The notes under the pieces are model-generated. The model did not search any database and had not been told where the DNA came from. It was given only the letters and a program-made list of their open reading frames with translations. Shown here one piece after another: positions 51,407 through 61,839 of a stretch of 64,000 bases of DNA. This DNA comes from Candidatus Hydrogenedentota bacterium (GTDB lineage Bacteria > Hydrogenedentota > Hydrogenedentia > Hydrogenedentales > JAEUWI01). A program made the position numbers and the translations under genes. Position 1 is the first letter of the stretch, and every line of letters starts with the position of its first letter. The stretch lies in the NCBI GenBank assembly GCA_034669905.1, contig JAXMOL010000015.1:1-64000 (forward strand). Reading direction: 5' to 3'.

Positions 51407-51928
51407 ATGTTGTGCCAAAAATGCCATAAAAGACCGGGTACCATTCGCTATGCCGAAGTGGTCGATGGACGGGTTACGGACCAATTCTGGTGTTCCGAGT
51501 GTCTCGCCAACCAACGCTCAGGACAGGAAGGCTTCGAAATATCGGAAGTTTCCCCCACCCGGCCCAATCGCGACTCGATCCATAGCGTGGTCAGCCGGGT
51601 TGTACGTGCCCAACGGGCCTGCCCGGAGTGCGATACCCAGTTACAGACGGTTTTCGCCACGGATCGGGTGGGCTGTGCCGCGTGCTATGCCACCTTTAAG
51701 GATGAACTGGGCGATCTGCTGAGTAAGCTCCATGGCCGTGTGGCCCATCGGGGCAAAGCAGCACACTTGACCGATGCCCGGACTCAGTTGCGCTCGGATC
51801 TCCGGTCGAAACGGGCCTTGCTGCGCAGTATGCTCAAGGCAGAGAACTACGAAGAAGCGGCCACCCTGCGGGACGAAATTCGCTCTTTGGAGGCTGGTCT
51901 CTATATGTCTGAATCAGGAGCGGATTAA
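51407..51928 (+). CDS. mcsA: McsA (four CxxC motifs + UVR domain)
   Basis: CQKC, CSEC, CPEC, GCAACY, HRGK, ENYEEAATLRDEI. Confidence 0.93.
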   Translation: MLCQKCHKRPGTIRYAEVVDGRVTDQFWCSECLANQRSGQEGFEISEVSPTRPNRDSIHSVVSRVVRAQRACPECDTQLQTVFATDRVGCAACYATFKDELGDLLSKLHGRVAHRGKAAHLTDARTQLRSDLRSKRALLRSMLKAENYEEAATLRDEIRSLEAGLYMSESGAD

Positions 51929-51932
51929 CGCC

Positions 51933-53093
51933 ATGCACATTGCTCCCATCCTTCGACACGACCCCACGTGGCAGCAGGCGGCGGCAGATGCCCACAGTGA
52001 TCTCGTCATTCTCAGTGATTGCAATCTGGGCCGGAACCTTACGGATTTCCCCTTTCCCCATTGCTGCACCGAAGATGAGTTGCTGGCCATTGAATCCCGG
52101 GTTTTACGGGTACTCGATCAGCTGAACCTCCTTGCCAGCGGCCACTATTTCAAGCTGGTCGACCTCGATCGTGCCGAAGTACAGCTCCTCGCCGAGCGGC
52201 AGCTGATATCCCCCGCGATGACAACGCCCCGGCCTGGTCAGGGCGTCTATGTATCCCAGGATCAGAGCCTCAGTATCCTCGTAAACGACGAAGACCACTG
52301 CTGCATCCGCGTGCTCGCCTCCGGCCTCCAGTTGGAAGACGCGTGGGCCCGCGCCAGTCTGATGGACGACACCCTGGGCGGGGTATTGGACTATTCCTTC
52401 TCGGATCAATTTGGATTCTTGACCCAGAATCTGGCCCACCTGGGCACAGGATTGCGGTGTACCGTGTTACTCCACCTTCCTGGATGCGCCCAGCGGAGCG
52501 AACTGGCCGAACTACGTGAAATGGCCGAAGAAAGCGATCTCGTCTTTCGCGGCATCGGCATTGGACCGCCCTCGGGGGACACCGAACGCCCCGAATCCAA
52601 TCCCCTCTTCCCCCAGGCCCTTTATAGCAGCATGGACGGGTTTACCTCCCGCATGCCCTATGATTCCGAAGGGGACCTTTTCCAGCTGAGCAACCGCAGC
52701 ACCCTGGGCCAGACCGAAGAAGAGCTGCTCTTTCAGGTCAAGCAGTGTGCCAACCGTTTTATCGCGCGGGAAGAAGCGATCCGGAAGCAGATGCATGAGG
52801 AAGAGTCAGAGGTCCTCTTTGACCGTATCGAGCGGGCCCGGGCCCTGGCCCTGCGTGCCCACCTGGTGCCCTTCAGCGAGAGCATGGCGCTCTTGTCGTC
52901 ACTCCGCCTCGGCGTTTCCCTGGGCCTGATATCCGACATCCCCCTTTCGGCCCTGAATGGCTCCCTCATTGGATGCCAGGATGCCCACGTGGAAAGCCGT
53001 CGTGACGACAGCGAGGGCCCTGTGGATGAGCTGGATTTAAAGCGATTTCGGGCCGCATTGTTGAAATCTCAATTCGAATCACCCAAAAACTAG
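51933..53093 (+). CDS. mcsB: McsB-like guanido kinase homolog with degenerate active site
   Basis: GRNL..FPFP, LAERQLIS, VNDEDH, GTGLR..LHLPG, FQLSNRSTLG, LSSLRLG; lies between mcsA and clpC. Confidence 0.85.
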   Translation: MHIAPILRHDPTWQQAAADAHSDLVILSDCNLGRNLTDFPFPHCCTEDELLAIESRVLRVLDQLNLLASGHYFKLVDLDRAEVQLLAERQLISPAMTTPRPGQGVYVSQDQSLSILVNDEDHCCIRVLASGLQLEDAWARASLMDDTLGGVLDYSFSDQFGFLTQNLAHLGTGLRCTVLLHLPGCAQRSELAELREMAEESDLVFRGIGIGPPSGDTERPESNPLFPQALYSSMDGFTSRMPYDSEGDLFQLSNRSTLGQTEEELLFQVKQCANRFIAREEAIRKQMHEEESEVLFDRIERARALALRAHLVPFSESMALLSSLRLGVSLGLISDIPLSALNGSLIGCQDAHVESRRDDSEGPVDELDLKRFRAALLKSQFESPKN

Positions 53094-53257
53094 TCGGACG
53101 TCTCGTCCCCTACAGGCTGTAACCGAGACGCCCCGTTGCATTAAACTAAGGTTAGCGTCGCCGTGTCCGCAATTTCGCGACAGGGCCGTGTGAAACCCGG
53201 TAAGTCGCTTTTTTCGAAAGTTTTTCGAGGAACGCGCTTGAATGAAAGGAACGCCAC

Positions 53258-55720
53258 ATGTGGGAACGATTTACGGAACGCGCCAAGCATGTAGTCAGCG
53301 CCGCACGTGAAGAGGCCACCCGCCTGGGTAGCGAATACGTGCGGACAGAACATATCCTGCTCGGACTGTGCCGCGAACCCGAGGGGATTGCGGCTCGGGC
53401 CCTGGAAAATCTCGGGGTCGATATCGAGGCATTGGCCATAGAGATTGAGCAGCAGGTCCAGCCCGGATCGGCCGCCGTTTCCGGTGAAGAGATTGCCTTT
53501 ACACCCCGGGCCAAGAAAGTGCTGGAGTTGGCCGTGGAAGAAGCCCGACGCTTCAGCCACAGCTATATCGGCACGGAGCACATCCTCCTCGGCCTCCTGA
53601 AAGAGGGCGAAGGCATCGCGGCGAAAGTATTGCAGGATATGAAGATCGACCTCGGCCGAATCCAGGCGGAAGTCATCCGTCTCCTCGGTGACCAGGGGCG
53701 ACCCAGTGCCGAACAGGCCCAGACCGGCAAGAAATCACAGACGCCAGCCCTCGACAATTTCGGGCGGGATCTGACCCAATTGGCCCGTGATGAGAAGCTG
53801 GACCCCGTCATCGGGCGCGAAGGCGAAATCGAGCGCCTGATTCAGGTCTTGAGCCGCCGCACCAAGAATAACCCCGTCCTCATTGGTGAAGCCGGTGTGG
53901 GCAAGACCGCCATCGTGGAAGGCCTCGCCCAGGCCATCATCAACGGCGACGTGCCCGATCTGCTGCTGAAGAAGCGGGTCTTGACCCTCGACCTCGCGGG
54001 CGTGGTGGCTGGCACGAAATACCGCGGCCAGTTCGAAGAACGGCTCAAATCTGTCATGAAAGAGATTCGTCGGGCCGACAATGTCATTTTGTTCATTGAC
54101 GAGCTCCACACCATCGTGGGTGCCGGCGCGGCGGAAGGGGCGGTCGACGCCGCCAATATGCTGAAACCCGCCCTGGCCCGCGGTGAGCTCCAATGCATTG
54201 GCGCCACCACGATGGACGAATACCGCAAATACATCGAAAAAGACGCGGCCCTGGCCCGCCGTTTCCAGACCATCATCGTGGATGCCCCCTCTGTTGCCCA
54301 GACCATTGAAATTATCAAGGGCCTGCGCGACAAGTATGAGGCCCACCACCGGGTCAAGTTCTCGGATGAATCCGTTATCGCCGCAGCCAAGCTGTCGAAT
54401 CAATACATTGCCGACCGCTATCTTCCGGACAAAGCGGTGGACGTCATTGACGAAGCCGGCAGCCGGGCCCGCCTCCAGATCACCACGCGCCCCCTCGAAC
54501 TGAAGCAGATCGAGCAGGATATTGAGCAGGTGACCCAGGAGAAAGAGTCGGCGATTCGCCGCCAGGAATATGAAAAGGCCGCCAGCCTGCGTGATAAGGA
54601 ACGTACCCTGATCAACAAGCTGGAAGAGAAGAAGCGCGACTGGGAAATGAAGCGCGACTCGGCAGAAACCATCATCAATGAAGAGGATATCGCCTACATC
54701 GTCTCCAAGTGGACCGGCGTGCCCCTGACCAAGCTGGAAGAGAAAGAGTCGGAACGCCTGTTGCGCATGCGCGATGAGTTGCACCGCTCTGTTATCGGCC
54801 AGCATGAAGCCATCGACTCCATCACCCGGGCGATTCAACGCTCCCGGGCCGGTTTCCGGGACCATGCCCGACCGGTAGGCTCCTTCCTCTTCCTCGGCCC
54901 CACCGGTGTGGGTAAGACGTTATTGGCAAAATCCCTGGCTTCGTTCCTCTTCGGCAACGAAGACGCCCTGATCACCGTCGATATGTCTGAATATATGGAA
55001 CGCTTTGCTGTTTCCCGTCTGACCGGGGCACCTCCCGGCTATGTGGGCTACAACGAAGGCGGCCAGCTCACCGAGCAGGTTCGTCGTCGCCCCTATTCGG
55101 TGGTGCTTTTCGACGAAATTGAGAAGGCCCACCCGGATATCTTTAACGCGCTCCTCCAGGTGCTGGAAGAAGGTCAGATGACCGACGCCAGCGGCCGGAA
55201 GGTCGATTTCCGCAATACGGTCATCATCATGACCAGCAACGTGGGCGCCCGCCGAATCGGCAAGGGCGGCGGCACCCTGGGCTTCCAGGTAGACGACGTA
55301 GAGTCCATGTACAACCGGATGAAAGAGCGGGTGGTGGATGAAGCCAAGAAGGTTTTCAATCCTGAATTCATGAACCGCCTTGATGACACGCTGGTCTTCC
55401 ACCGCCTGACCGACGAACAGCTCATTGACATCGTCGATATCCAGGTAAAGGACATGGTAGATCGCGTGGCCGAAAAGGATGTACACTTGCACCTCGATCG
55501 CGCTGCAAAAGAATTCCTCGTGCGCTTGGGAAGCAACGAAGAATATGGTGCCCGTCCGCTCCGGCGTGCGGTACAGCAGTACATCGAGGACCCCCTCGCA
55601 GAGCTGTTGTTGCGGGGTAACCTGGAACCTGGAACCAAGATTGAAGTCTGGCCCTCTGACACCGAGGAAAAACTCGTGTTTGAGCCGACTGCATTAGCCG
55701 CGGAAGGTGTAACTTCTTGA
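53258..55720 (+). CDS. clpC: ATP-dependent Clp protease ATP-binding subunit ClpC
   Basis: Two Clp-N repeats, [11 protein letters not shown] middle domain, [11 protein letters not shown] loop, GARPLRR. Confidence 0.98.
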   Translation: MWERFTERAKHVVSAAREEATRLGSEYVRTEHILLGLCREPEGIAARALENLGVDIEALAIEIEQQVQPGSAAVSGEEIAFTPRAKKVLELAVEEARRFSHSYIGTEHILLGLLKEGEGIAAKVLQDMKIDLGRIQAEVIRLLGDQGRPSAEQAQTGKKSQTPALDNFGRDLTQLARDEKLDPVIGREGEIERLIQVLSRRTKNNPVLIGEAGVGKTAIVEGLAQAIINGDVPDLLLKKRVLTLDLAGVVAGTKYRGQFEERLKSVMKEIRRADNVILFIDELHTIVGAGAAEGAVDAANMLKPALARGELQCIGATTMDEYRKYIEKDAALARRFQTIIVDAPSVAQTIEIIKGLRDKYEAHHRVKFSDESVIAAAKLSNQYIADRYLPDKAVDVIDEAGSRARLQITTRPLELKQIEQDIEQVTQEKESAIRRQEYEKAASLRDKERTLINKLEEKKRDWEMKRDSAETIINEEDIAYIVSKWTGVPLTKLEEKESERLLRMRDELHRSVIGQHEAIDSITRAIQRSRAGFRDHARPVGSFLFLGPTGVGKTLLAKSLASFLFGNEDALITVDMSEYMERFAVSRLTGAPPGYVGYNEGGQLTEQVRRRPYSVVLFDEIEKAHPDIFNALLQVLEEGQMTDASGRKVDFRNTVIIMTSNVGARRIGKGGGTLGFQVDDVESMYNRMKERVVDEAKKVFNPEFMNRLDDTLVFHRLTDEQLIDIVDIQVKDMVDRVAEKDVHLHLDRAAKEFLVRLGSNEEYGARPLRRAVQQYIEDPLAELLLRGNLEPGTKIEVWPSDTEEKLVFEPTALAAEGVTS

Positions 55721-58014
55721 AGAAACTAGCGTTTGGCCTGGCCCTCACGCTGTTTACTCTTATTAGCTCCGGTCCCGCCCTAGCACAGGGCGAGGCCAAC
55801 GTGGGTGCTGTACGCATCGACGGGTTGGAGCGTGTGAGTGAGCAGTTGGTACGTTCGAAACTGGAAGTGCAGACGGGGCAGGTTTACAACCCCCGTGCCG
55901 TATCCCGTGACATCCGGCGACTCTATGAGCTTGGATTCTTCACCCACATCAAAGCCGATGTGGTGGAGCGGGGTAATGCGCTGGACCTCACCTATGTGGT
56001 TACCGAGAAACAGGTCATCGAAAAGGTCCTTATTCTCGGAAACAAGAAGATCAAAGACCGCCGCATCCTTTCGGCCCTCTCCATGCGGGAAGGCGACCCC
56101 TTCATCCCCGAGGCCTACGAAGAAGAACGGCAGGCCTTGTTGGATCTCTATGAGGGCAAAGGCTTTGCCAACACCACGGTGGACGTGGTCGCCGAGCGCG
56201 TGGGCCCTTCCCGGATGCGCCTGACCTACTCCATTAATGAAGGCAAGAAAGCAAAAATCCGCAGCATTTCCTTCGTCGGCAACGAGGTATTGAGTGGCCG
56301 CAAGTTGCGTAAACTCATGGCGACCAAGCGCGCGTGGTGGTTCCTCGGTGGCAAGTATGAAGAGGACAAACTGGAGTATGACCTCCAGCAGATCCTCGAC
56401 AACTACGGTGACTACGGCCGTCTGGAAGCCGATATCACCCGCACCGACCTGCTGTACACGAGCAACGGCCGGGGCATGAACCTGACGGTCTATCTGGCCG
56501 AGGGCCCCGAGTACAAGCTGGAAAACCTCGACATCGAGGGCAATATCGTTTATGACGACGACGAGCTCCTCGATCGCGTGGAAGTGGCCGCGGGCGAAGT
56601 GCACAACAAGTCCCAGGTGGAAGAAGACGCGACTGCGCTGGAAGAGAACTACCAGGACAGCGGTTACGTCAACGCCCAGGTCACGCCCATTGTTACGCTC
56701 AACCGCGATGCCAAGACGACGCGGGTGACGCACAAGATCGCGGAAGGTGACCTCCGTTACATCCGTGAAATCAAGATCATCGGTAACGAGCTTACGAAAG
56801 ACGAAGTCATCCGTCGCCGCATCGCGCTTGAGCCGGGTGCCCGCTATGATGGGTCGCTCCTGGAACTCAGTAAGCGGGCCATGCAGCGTACCGAGTACTT
56901 TGACACCGTGCGTTCCAGCCTTGATTTTGCAGACGACGAAGAACTCTTCACGGACGTCATCTTTGACGTGGACGAAGGCAAGCAGGGTAACTTCAATTTC
57001 GGTGCGGGTTTCAGCACCGACGAAGGGCTCGGCGGCTTTTCGGAACTGCGCCTGAATAACTTCGACCTGACCAACTGGCCAAACTTCACCGGCGGCGGCC
57101 AGCAGCTTGCGTTGAAACTGAACATCGGCAACCGCCGCGACCAGTATTCACTGAGCTTCACCGACCCCGAAATTCTGGGCTACCCCTTCGCCTTTGGCTT
57201 CGACCTTTTCGACGATTCCTATCAGGTACGTGGCTCGTCGAATTACGCGGAAGATCGGCGTGGCGGCCAGTTGCGCCTGGGCAAGACCCTCTCCAACTAC
57301 GTGAACATGCGTGGCACCCTCCGCTATGAGGTCAATGAGACCACGGGCCTGCCCATCTTCCTCAATCCCATCATTCGTCGTCAGGCGGGTGAATCCACCA
57401 CGGTGAGTATTCAGACCGAGTTTGAGCGCAACACCCTGAACGCTTTCCGGGACCCCTCCCGTGGCAGCAAGCACGTCTTGAGCCTGGAATTGGCCGGACT
57501 GGGTGGTGACAACGAGTTCTACAAACTCTATCTCGATTCCACCTGGTACAAGGCCCTGGATAAGGAAGAGAAATGGATTCTCTCCTACCGCTCCCGTGAG
57601 GGCTATGTGACCGAATATGGTGGTTCGGACTACGTGCCATTGACGGACAAGTTCTACGCGGGTGGTACGGCCACCGTGCGTGGTTACGAAAACCGGGACA
57701 TTGGCCCCAAGGCCAAGCAGTTCATCTTCTTTGGCAGCGAGTTCCCCATCGGTGGCAACATCGTTTGGGTCAACAACCTGGAATTGAAGTACAAAATCAC
57801 CGAGCAACTGCGCGTCTACTCCTTCATCGATGCCGGTGGCGTCTGGGATGATGACGACTTCGACTTCGGTGAAATGCGCTATAGCGCCGGTATCGGCATC
57901 GGCATGGAAGTGCCCCGACTTGGACCAATCCGGGTCGACTACGGCTTCCCCCTCAACCCCGACGAGGATCAGGGTAGCGGCCGTATGCACCTGATTTCCG
58001 GCATTCGTTTCTAA
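55717..58014 (+). CDS. bamA: outer membrane protein assembly factor BamA
   Basis: POTRA repeats, VRGY loop, C-terminal Phe; TTG start overlaps the clpC stop. Confidence 0.96.
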   Translation: MKKLAFGLALTLFTLISSGPALAQGEANVGAVRIDGLERVSEQLVRSKLEVQTGQVYNPRAVSRDIRRLYELGFFTHIKADVVERGNALDLTYVVTEKQVIEKVLILGNKKIKDRRILSALSMREGDPFIPEAYEEERQALLDLYEGKGFANTTVDVVAERVGPSRMRLTYSINEGKKAKIRSISFVGNEVLSGRKLRKLMATKRAWWFLGGKYEEDKLEYDLQQILDNYGDYGRLEADITRTDLLYTSNGRGMNLTVYLAEGPEYKLENLDIEGNIVYDDDELLDRVEVAAGEVHNKSQVEEDATALEENYQDSGYVNAQVTPIVTLNRDAKTTRVTHKIAEGDLRYIREIKIIGNELTKDEVIRRRIALEPGARYDGSLLELSKRAMQRTEYFDTVRSSLDFADDEELFTDVIFDVDEGKQGNFNFGAGFSTDEGLGGFSELRLNNFDLTNWPNFTGGGQQLALKLNIGNRRDQYSLSFTDPEILGYPFAFGFDLFDDSYQVRGSSNYAEDRRGGQLRLGKTLSNYVNMRGTLRYEVNETTGLPIFLNPIIRRQAGESTTVSIQTEFERNTLNAFRDPSRGSKHVLSLELAGLGGDNEFYKLYLDSTWYKALDKEEKWILSYRSREGYVTEYGGSDYVPLTDKFYAGGTATVRGYENRDIGPKAKQFIFFGSEFPIGGNIVWVNNLELKYKITEQLRVYSFIDAGGVWDDDDFDFGEMRYSAGIGIGMEVPRLGPIRVDYGFPLNPDEDQGSGRMHLISGIRF

Positions 58015-58020
58015 GTCCCG

Positions 58021-58059
58021 ATGCCCCCCGAATCAATTGAGATTCGGGGGGCATTTTTC
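58021..58059 (+). terminator. intrinsic terminator after bamA
   Basis: ATGCCCCCCGAATC/GATTCGGGGGGCAT + T-run; TTGCAT...TATACT promoter immediately after. Confidence 0.85.
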
Positions 58060-58185
58060 TTGCATGAAATTCAGGGATATTGCTATACTTCACCGGTTTC
58101 CCCCTGCTGCTCCTTTGGACTGGCACACACCTGTTTACTCGGCATGGATCAAGCCATCGCCTTACACCTGAGAGGACTGATACTC

Positions 58186-58728
58186 GTGATAAAGACGACC
58201 AAGACCCTGCTCGTAGCCACCCTGCTCTGCACCGTTGCAGCGGGACTCTTCAGCACCCCTGCCCTGGCCGCGGATGAAAACTACAAGATCGCTGTCGTTG
58301 ATATGCAAACCGTCCTGGCCAGCTACGAAAAACGTAAGGCCAAGTATGACGACCTCCAGAAGCAGGTGGACGCCCTGCAGGCCGGCATTGACAAGATGTC
58401 CAAGGACATCGAGGCCGCGCGCAAGGACTATGAAGCACGTCGGGCCACCCTGACCGATGAAGAGCGCGTAAAGCTGGAAACGAAAATCACCAACGACTAC
58501 GCGAACTACCAGAACGAGCTGCAGAAAAACCAGCGCCAGATCGACGGCATGGAAGAGCTCGTGCTGAATGAAGTCCTCAAGGACATTCAGGAAGCCATCG
58601 AGAAGATCGCCACCGACAACAGCTATCACCTGGTACTGAACAAAGGCAAGGGCCCCCGTGGTGCCGTGCTTTACGCCAGCAACTCCATCGACATTACCCC
58701 CCGCATCTTGGAACAGTTGAACAAGTAA
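58186..58728 (+). CDS. skp: OmpH/Skp periplasmic chaperone
   Basis: Signal peptide, KIAVVDMQ, coiled coil, VLYASNSIDITPRIL; GTG start. Confidence 0.92.
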   Translation: MIKTTKTLLVATLLCTVAAGLFSTPALAADENYKIAVVDMQTVLASYEKRKAKYDDLQKQVDALQAGIDKMSKDIEAARKDYEARRATLTDEERVKLETKITNDYANYQNELQKNQRQIDGMEELVLNEVLKDIQEAIEKIATDNSYHLVLNKGKGPRGAVLYASNSIDITPRILEQLNK

Positions 58729-58871
58729 CGTCGACTAGTACCAATGTGCGCAGCGCACGAAACCTTTATACCTTCGCGTATCGGGCACGAAACCGCCTGA
58801 TGCGCGATGGTTATATGGGCCGACCAATAATTCACTCGAATTTCGGTTGTCGGCGTGCTGAAGGAGCCACT

Positions 58872-59903
58872 ATGAAGATGACAGTCGGCGAGATCGCGGC
58901 CATGGTGGGCGGCACGGTAGTCGGCGACCCGACGGTCGTTATTACCGGCGTCAACGGGGTGGATGAGGCCCAGGCGGGGGAACTCTGTTTCATACGCAGC
59001 ACCACCTACCTCCCCCAATTGGCCCAATCGGGCGCATCAGCCGCGCTGATTCAGCAGGAGCCTGAGGGAATCGACATGGCCATGATTCTGGTGCCACAGC
59101 CAGACCTGGCCTTTGCGATGGTGCTGAAGCACTGTGAACACTCCCAGCGCAAACACCCCGTGGGTATTCATGAGCGGGCCGTGGTTGATCCCGATGCCGC
59201 TCTCGGAAACAACGTCGCCATCGGCGCCTGTGCCGTTATTGAAGCGGGCGCGTCACTGGGCGACGGCGTGGTCCTTTACCCCGGCGTTTACGTAGGCCGT
59301 GATGTGCATATCGGGGCGGAAACTATCGTCTATCCCAATGTCACCATCCGCGAGGAAACGACCGTTGGTGCCCACTGCATCCTCCATGCCGGGGCAACGA
59401 TTGGCAGCGACGGGTTTGGCTACGCCCACCTGGATGGTGCCTGGATGAAGATCCCTCAGGTTGGACGGGTTGTGTTAGAGGATGACGTGGAAATTGGCTC
59501 CGGAACCGCCATTGACCGCGCCACCTTCGGCGTGACGCGTATTGGCCGAGGTACGAAAATTGACAATCTGGTTCAAGTTGGACACAATGTTCAAATAGGA
59601 GAACACTGTGCGCTGGCCGGTATGGTTGGTATCGCCGGCAGTGCCACGCTGAAGGATGGCGTCCGTGTGGGTGCCTCGGCGGGTGTCGCTGGCCATCTCA
59701 CCGTTGGTGCGGGAGCCACGGTGGCCGCCCGGGGCGGTGTGGTGAAATCGGTTGCTCCCGGTGCCGTGGTATCGGGATTTCCGGCCATGGACCATGCGGA
59801 AGAACGCCGCGTGCTCGTTGCGCAGCGCAGGGTTCCCGAGCTTATCCGTCGTGTAAAAATGCTCGAACGGGCGCTCGAAGCAGTGAAAGAACAGCTTACA
59901 TGA
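58872..59903 (+). CDS. lpxD: UDP-3-O-(3-hydroxyacyl)glucosamine N-acyltransferase
   Basis: IGSDGFGY, KIPQVG, IDRAT, TKIDNLVQVGHNV. Confidence 0.97.
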   Translation: MKMTVGEIAAMVGGTVVGDPTVVITGVNGVDEAQAGELCFIRSTTYLPQLAQSGASAALIQQEPEGIDMAMILVPQPDLAFAMVLKHCEHSQRKHPVGIHERAVVDPDAALGNNVAIGACAVIEAGASLGDGVVLYPGVYVGRDVHIGAETIVYPNVTIREETTVGAHCILHAGATIGSDGFGYAHLDGAWMKIPQVGRVVLEDDVEIGSGTAIDRATFGVTRIGRGTKIDNLVQVGHNVQIGEHCALAGMVGIAGSATLKDGVRVGASAGVAGHLTVGAGATVAARGGVVKSVAPGAVVSGFPAMDHAEERRVLVAQRRVPELIRRVKMLERALEAVKEQLT

Positions 59904-61231
59904 GCAAACAAAAGACGATTAAAGAGCCGGCCTCGTTTTCCGGGATCGGCCTCCATACCGGTAGCCTGACCACGGTAACCTTCAAACCCGCGCCGGAAAA
60001 CTCCGGAATCACCTTTTACCGGGTCGATCTGGAAGGTAAACCGGCCATCCCTGCCGACGTAGACAACGTGGTTGGTGTGGCACGGGGCACGACCCTGGGT
60101 ATCGGCGATGCCAAAGTCCACACGGTGGAGCACGCCCTGTCCGCCATGGCCGGACTTGGTATTGATAACCTGGCCATTGAGCTTGATGCCGAGGAAATTC
60201 CTTCGGGCGATGGCAGCTCCATGCCCGTCATGACCACGCTGCTGAAGGCCGGCGTGGTCGAGCAAGAGGCGGAGAAGCAATACATCACGGTGGATCGGCC
60301 GGTCTACTACCGCCAGGGTGATGTCACCCTGAGTATCCTCCCGTCGGATGAACACCGCGTCTCCATGACCATTGCCTATGACCACGTGGCGATCGGCACC
60401 CAATACGCCTCGTTTATCATCACGGAAGAAACCTTTAAGAAGGAAATCGCCCCCGCACGGACCTTCTGCTTCCTGCGCGAAGTAAAGATGCTCCAGGAAA
60501 AGGGGCTTATCAAGGGAGGCAGTCTGGAGAGTGCCGTGGTAATTGGGGATGACACCATCCTCAATGATGACCTCCGCTTCCCCGATGAATTTGTGCGCCA
60601 CAAGATTCTCGACCTGATCGGGGACATGTATCTGCTCGGGCGCCCTATCAAGGGCCATATCGTCAGCGTAAAGAGCGGGCACGAGAAGAACGTGCTCTTT
60701 TCCAAGCAGATCAAAGCAGCCCTTGCCAACGGCCAGGAGTCTCGTGGACGGGACGATTTGGCGACAACCAGCCAGATTGCCCGGCCACCGGCCCTTGACG
60801 TAAGCAAGATCATGAAAATTCTCCCCCACCGCTACCCGTTCTTGCTGGTGGACCGGATCCTGTCTTTTGTGCCCATGGAACGGGTAACCGGCATTAAGAA
60901 CGTCACGGTCAATGAGCCTTTCTTTCAGGGACACTGGCCCGAGACCCCGGTCATGCCCGGCGTGATGATTGTAGAAGCGATGGCACAGGTAAGCGCGGTG
61001 CTCATCTTTGGCGACAACCGGGATCCCGACGGCAAGCTGGCCTTCTTCCTGGGAGTCGACAAGGCACGCTTTCGTCGCACGGTGGTCCCCGGCGATCAGT
61101 TGGTCATTGAGGTAGAGATGATTCGTCGGCGAAAGAATGCCTGCAAAGTGGCGGCCAAGGCGCTGGTGGACGGCGTAGTCGCTGCAGAAGCCATAATGAC
61201 CTTCGGCCTCATGGCAATGGATGAGCTCTAA
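59900..61231 (+). CDS. lpxC-fabZ: bifunctional LpxC/FabZ
   Basis: GIGLHTG, TVEH, IAPARTF, RHKILDLIGD, then LPHRYPFLLVDR, NEPFFQGH. Confidence 0.96.
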   Translation: MSKQKTIKEPASFSGIGLHTGSLTTVTFKPAPENSGITFYRVDLEGKPAIPADVDNVVGVARGTTLGIGDAKVHTVEHALSAMAGLGIDNLAIELDAEEIPSGDGSSMPVMTTLLKAGVVEQEAEKQYITVDRPVYYRQGDVTLSILPSDEHRVSMTIAYDHVAIGTQYASFIITEETFKKEIAPARTFCFLREVKMLQEKGLIKGGSLESAVVIGDDTILNDDLRFPDEFVRHKILDLIGDMYLLGRPIKGHIVSVKSGHEKNVLFSKQIKAALANGQESRGRDDLATTSQIARPPALDVSKIMKILPHRYPFLLVDRILSFVPMERVTGIKNVTVNEPFFQGHWPETPVMPGVMIVEAMAQVSAVLIFGDNRDPDGKLAFFLGVDKARFRRTVVPGDQLVIEVEMIRRRKNACKVAAKALVDGVVAAEAIMTFGLMAMDEL

Positions 61232-61266
61232 ACAGGTCTGGCGCTGCCGAAACCAATCGAATACAC

Positions 61267-61301
61267 GCGTGTCGTTTCCCCAGGAGACGGCACGCTTTTT
61301 T
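61267..61301 (+). terminator. intrinsic terminator after lpxC-fabZ
   Basis: GCGTGTCGTTTCC/GGAGACGGCACGC + T-run. Confidence 0.8.
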
Positions 61302-61363
61302 GTGGTTCTTGGGCAAAAAGTGGGAAAGACTTTTCTTGAGCCCACCTAAGCGTCCATCGTTCC

Positions 61364-61761
61364 GCGCGATACCGTCCCATGAGTGGGCCTTATAGAGCGC
61401 CGTCGGCCCGACGGCATCGGTGCCAGAAACACCGAAACGCGATGGGTAGTGTCCGAGCCCCTTGTTCAGAGAGACCCAGGGTCGATGAGGCCGACGGGAG
61501 TCAATTCGCCAATCCCTACCGTATTCGCAGGCAGGAAAGTCTGCGCCCCTGGGGTGTTTCCATCGCCATTCTCCTGTGTCTTCACCGCGCGGGTGTGTCT
61601 ACGACCACCGGGACAGGAACGCGCGGTGAAGTGACACGCGCAACGGCGGAATCGCTGGGATGGCGCAACGCCGTCTTGCAGCTACTCCGGGTATGGGCGC
61701 GATACCGTCCCATACGTGCGCCTACGGAGCGCCGTCGGCCCGACGGCATCGGTGCCAGAAA
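61364..61761. repeat. pair of ~66-bp direct repeats enclosing a structured spacer
   Basis: 61364-61429 vs 61697-61761: identical 17-bp and 35-bp blocks with an internal GCCGTCGG/CCGACGGC palindrome. Confidence 0.85.
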
Positions 61762-61766
61762 TACGA

Positions 61767-61795
61767 AAGCAGCCTGGCCGAAGCCAGGCTGCTTA
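61767..61795 (-). terminator. terminator of the PEP-CTERM gene
   Basis: AAGCAGCCTGGC/GCCAGGCTGCTT perfect stem. Confidence 0.75.
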
Positions 61796-61839
61796 TTTAT
61801 AGTTTCGGAATTCTGATTGTGGTTCGGTAGGGTAATCGG

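Noticed and set aside
61520..61800. RNase P RNA (CAGGAAAGTCTG and GTGCCAGAAA resemble its motifs)
   Set aside because: Conserved P4 elements GAGGAAAGTCC and ACAGAACCCGGCTTA are not present with the right sequence or order
61379..61816. 145-aa ORF across the direct repeats
   Set aside because: No RBS or recognisable domain; it runs through a terminator hairpin and reads as translated repeat
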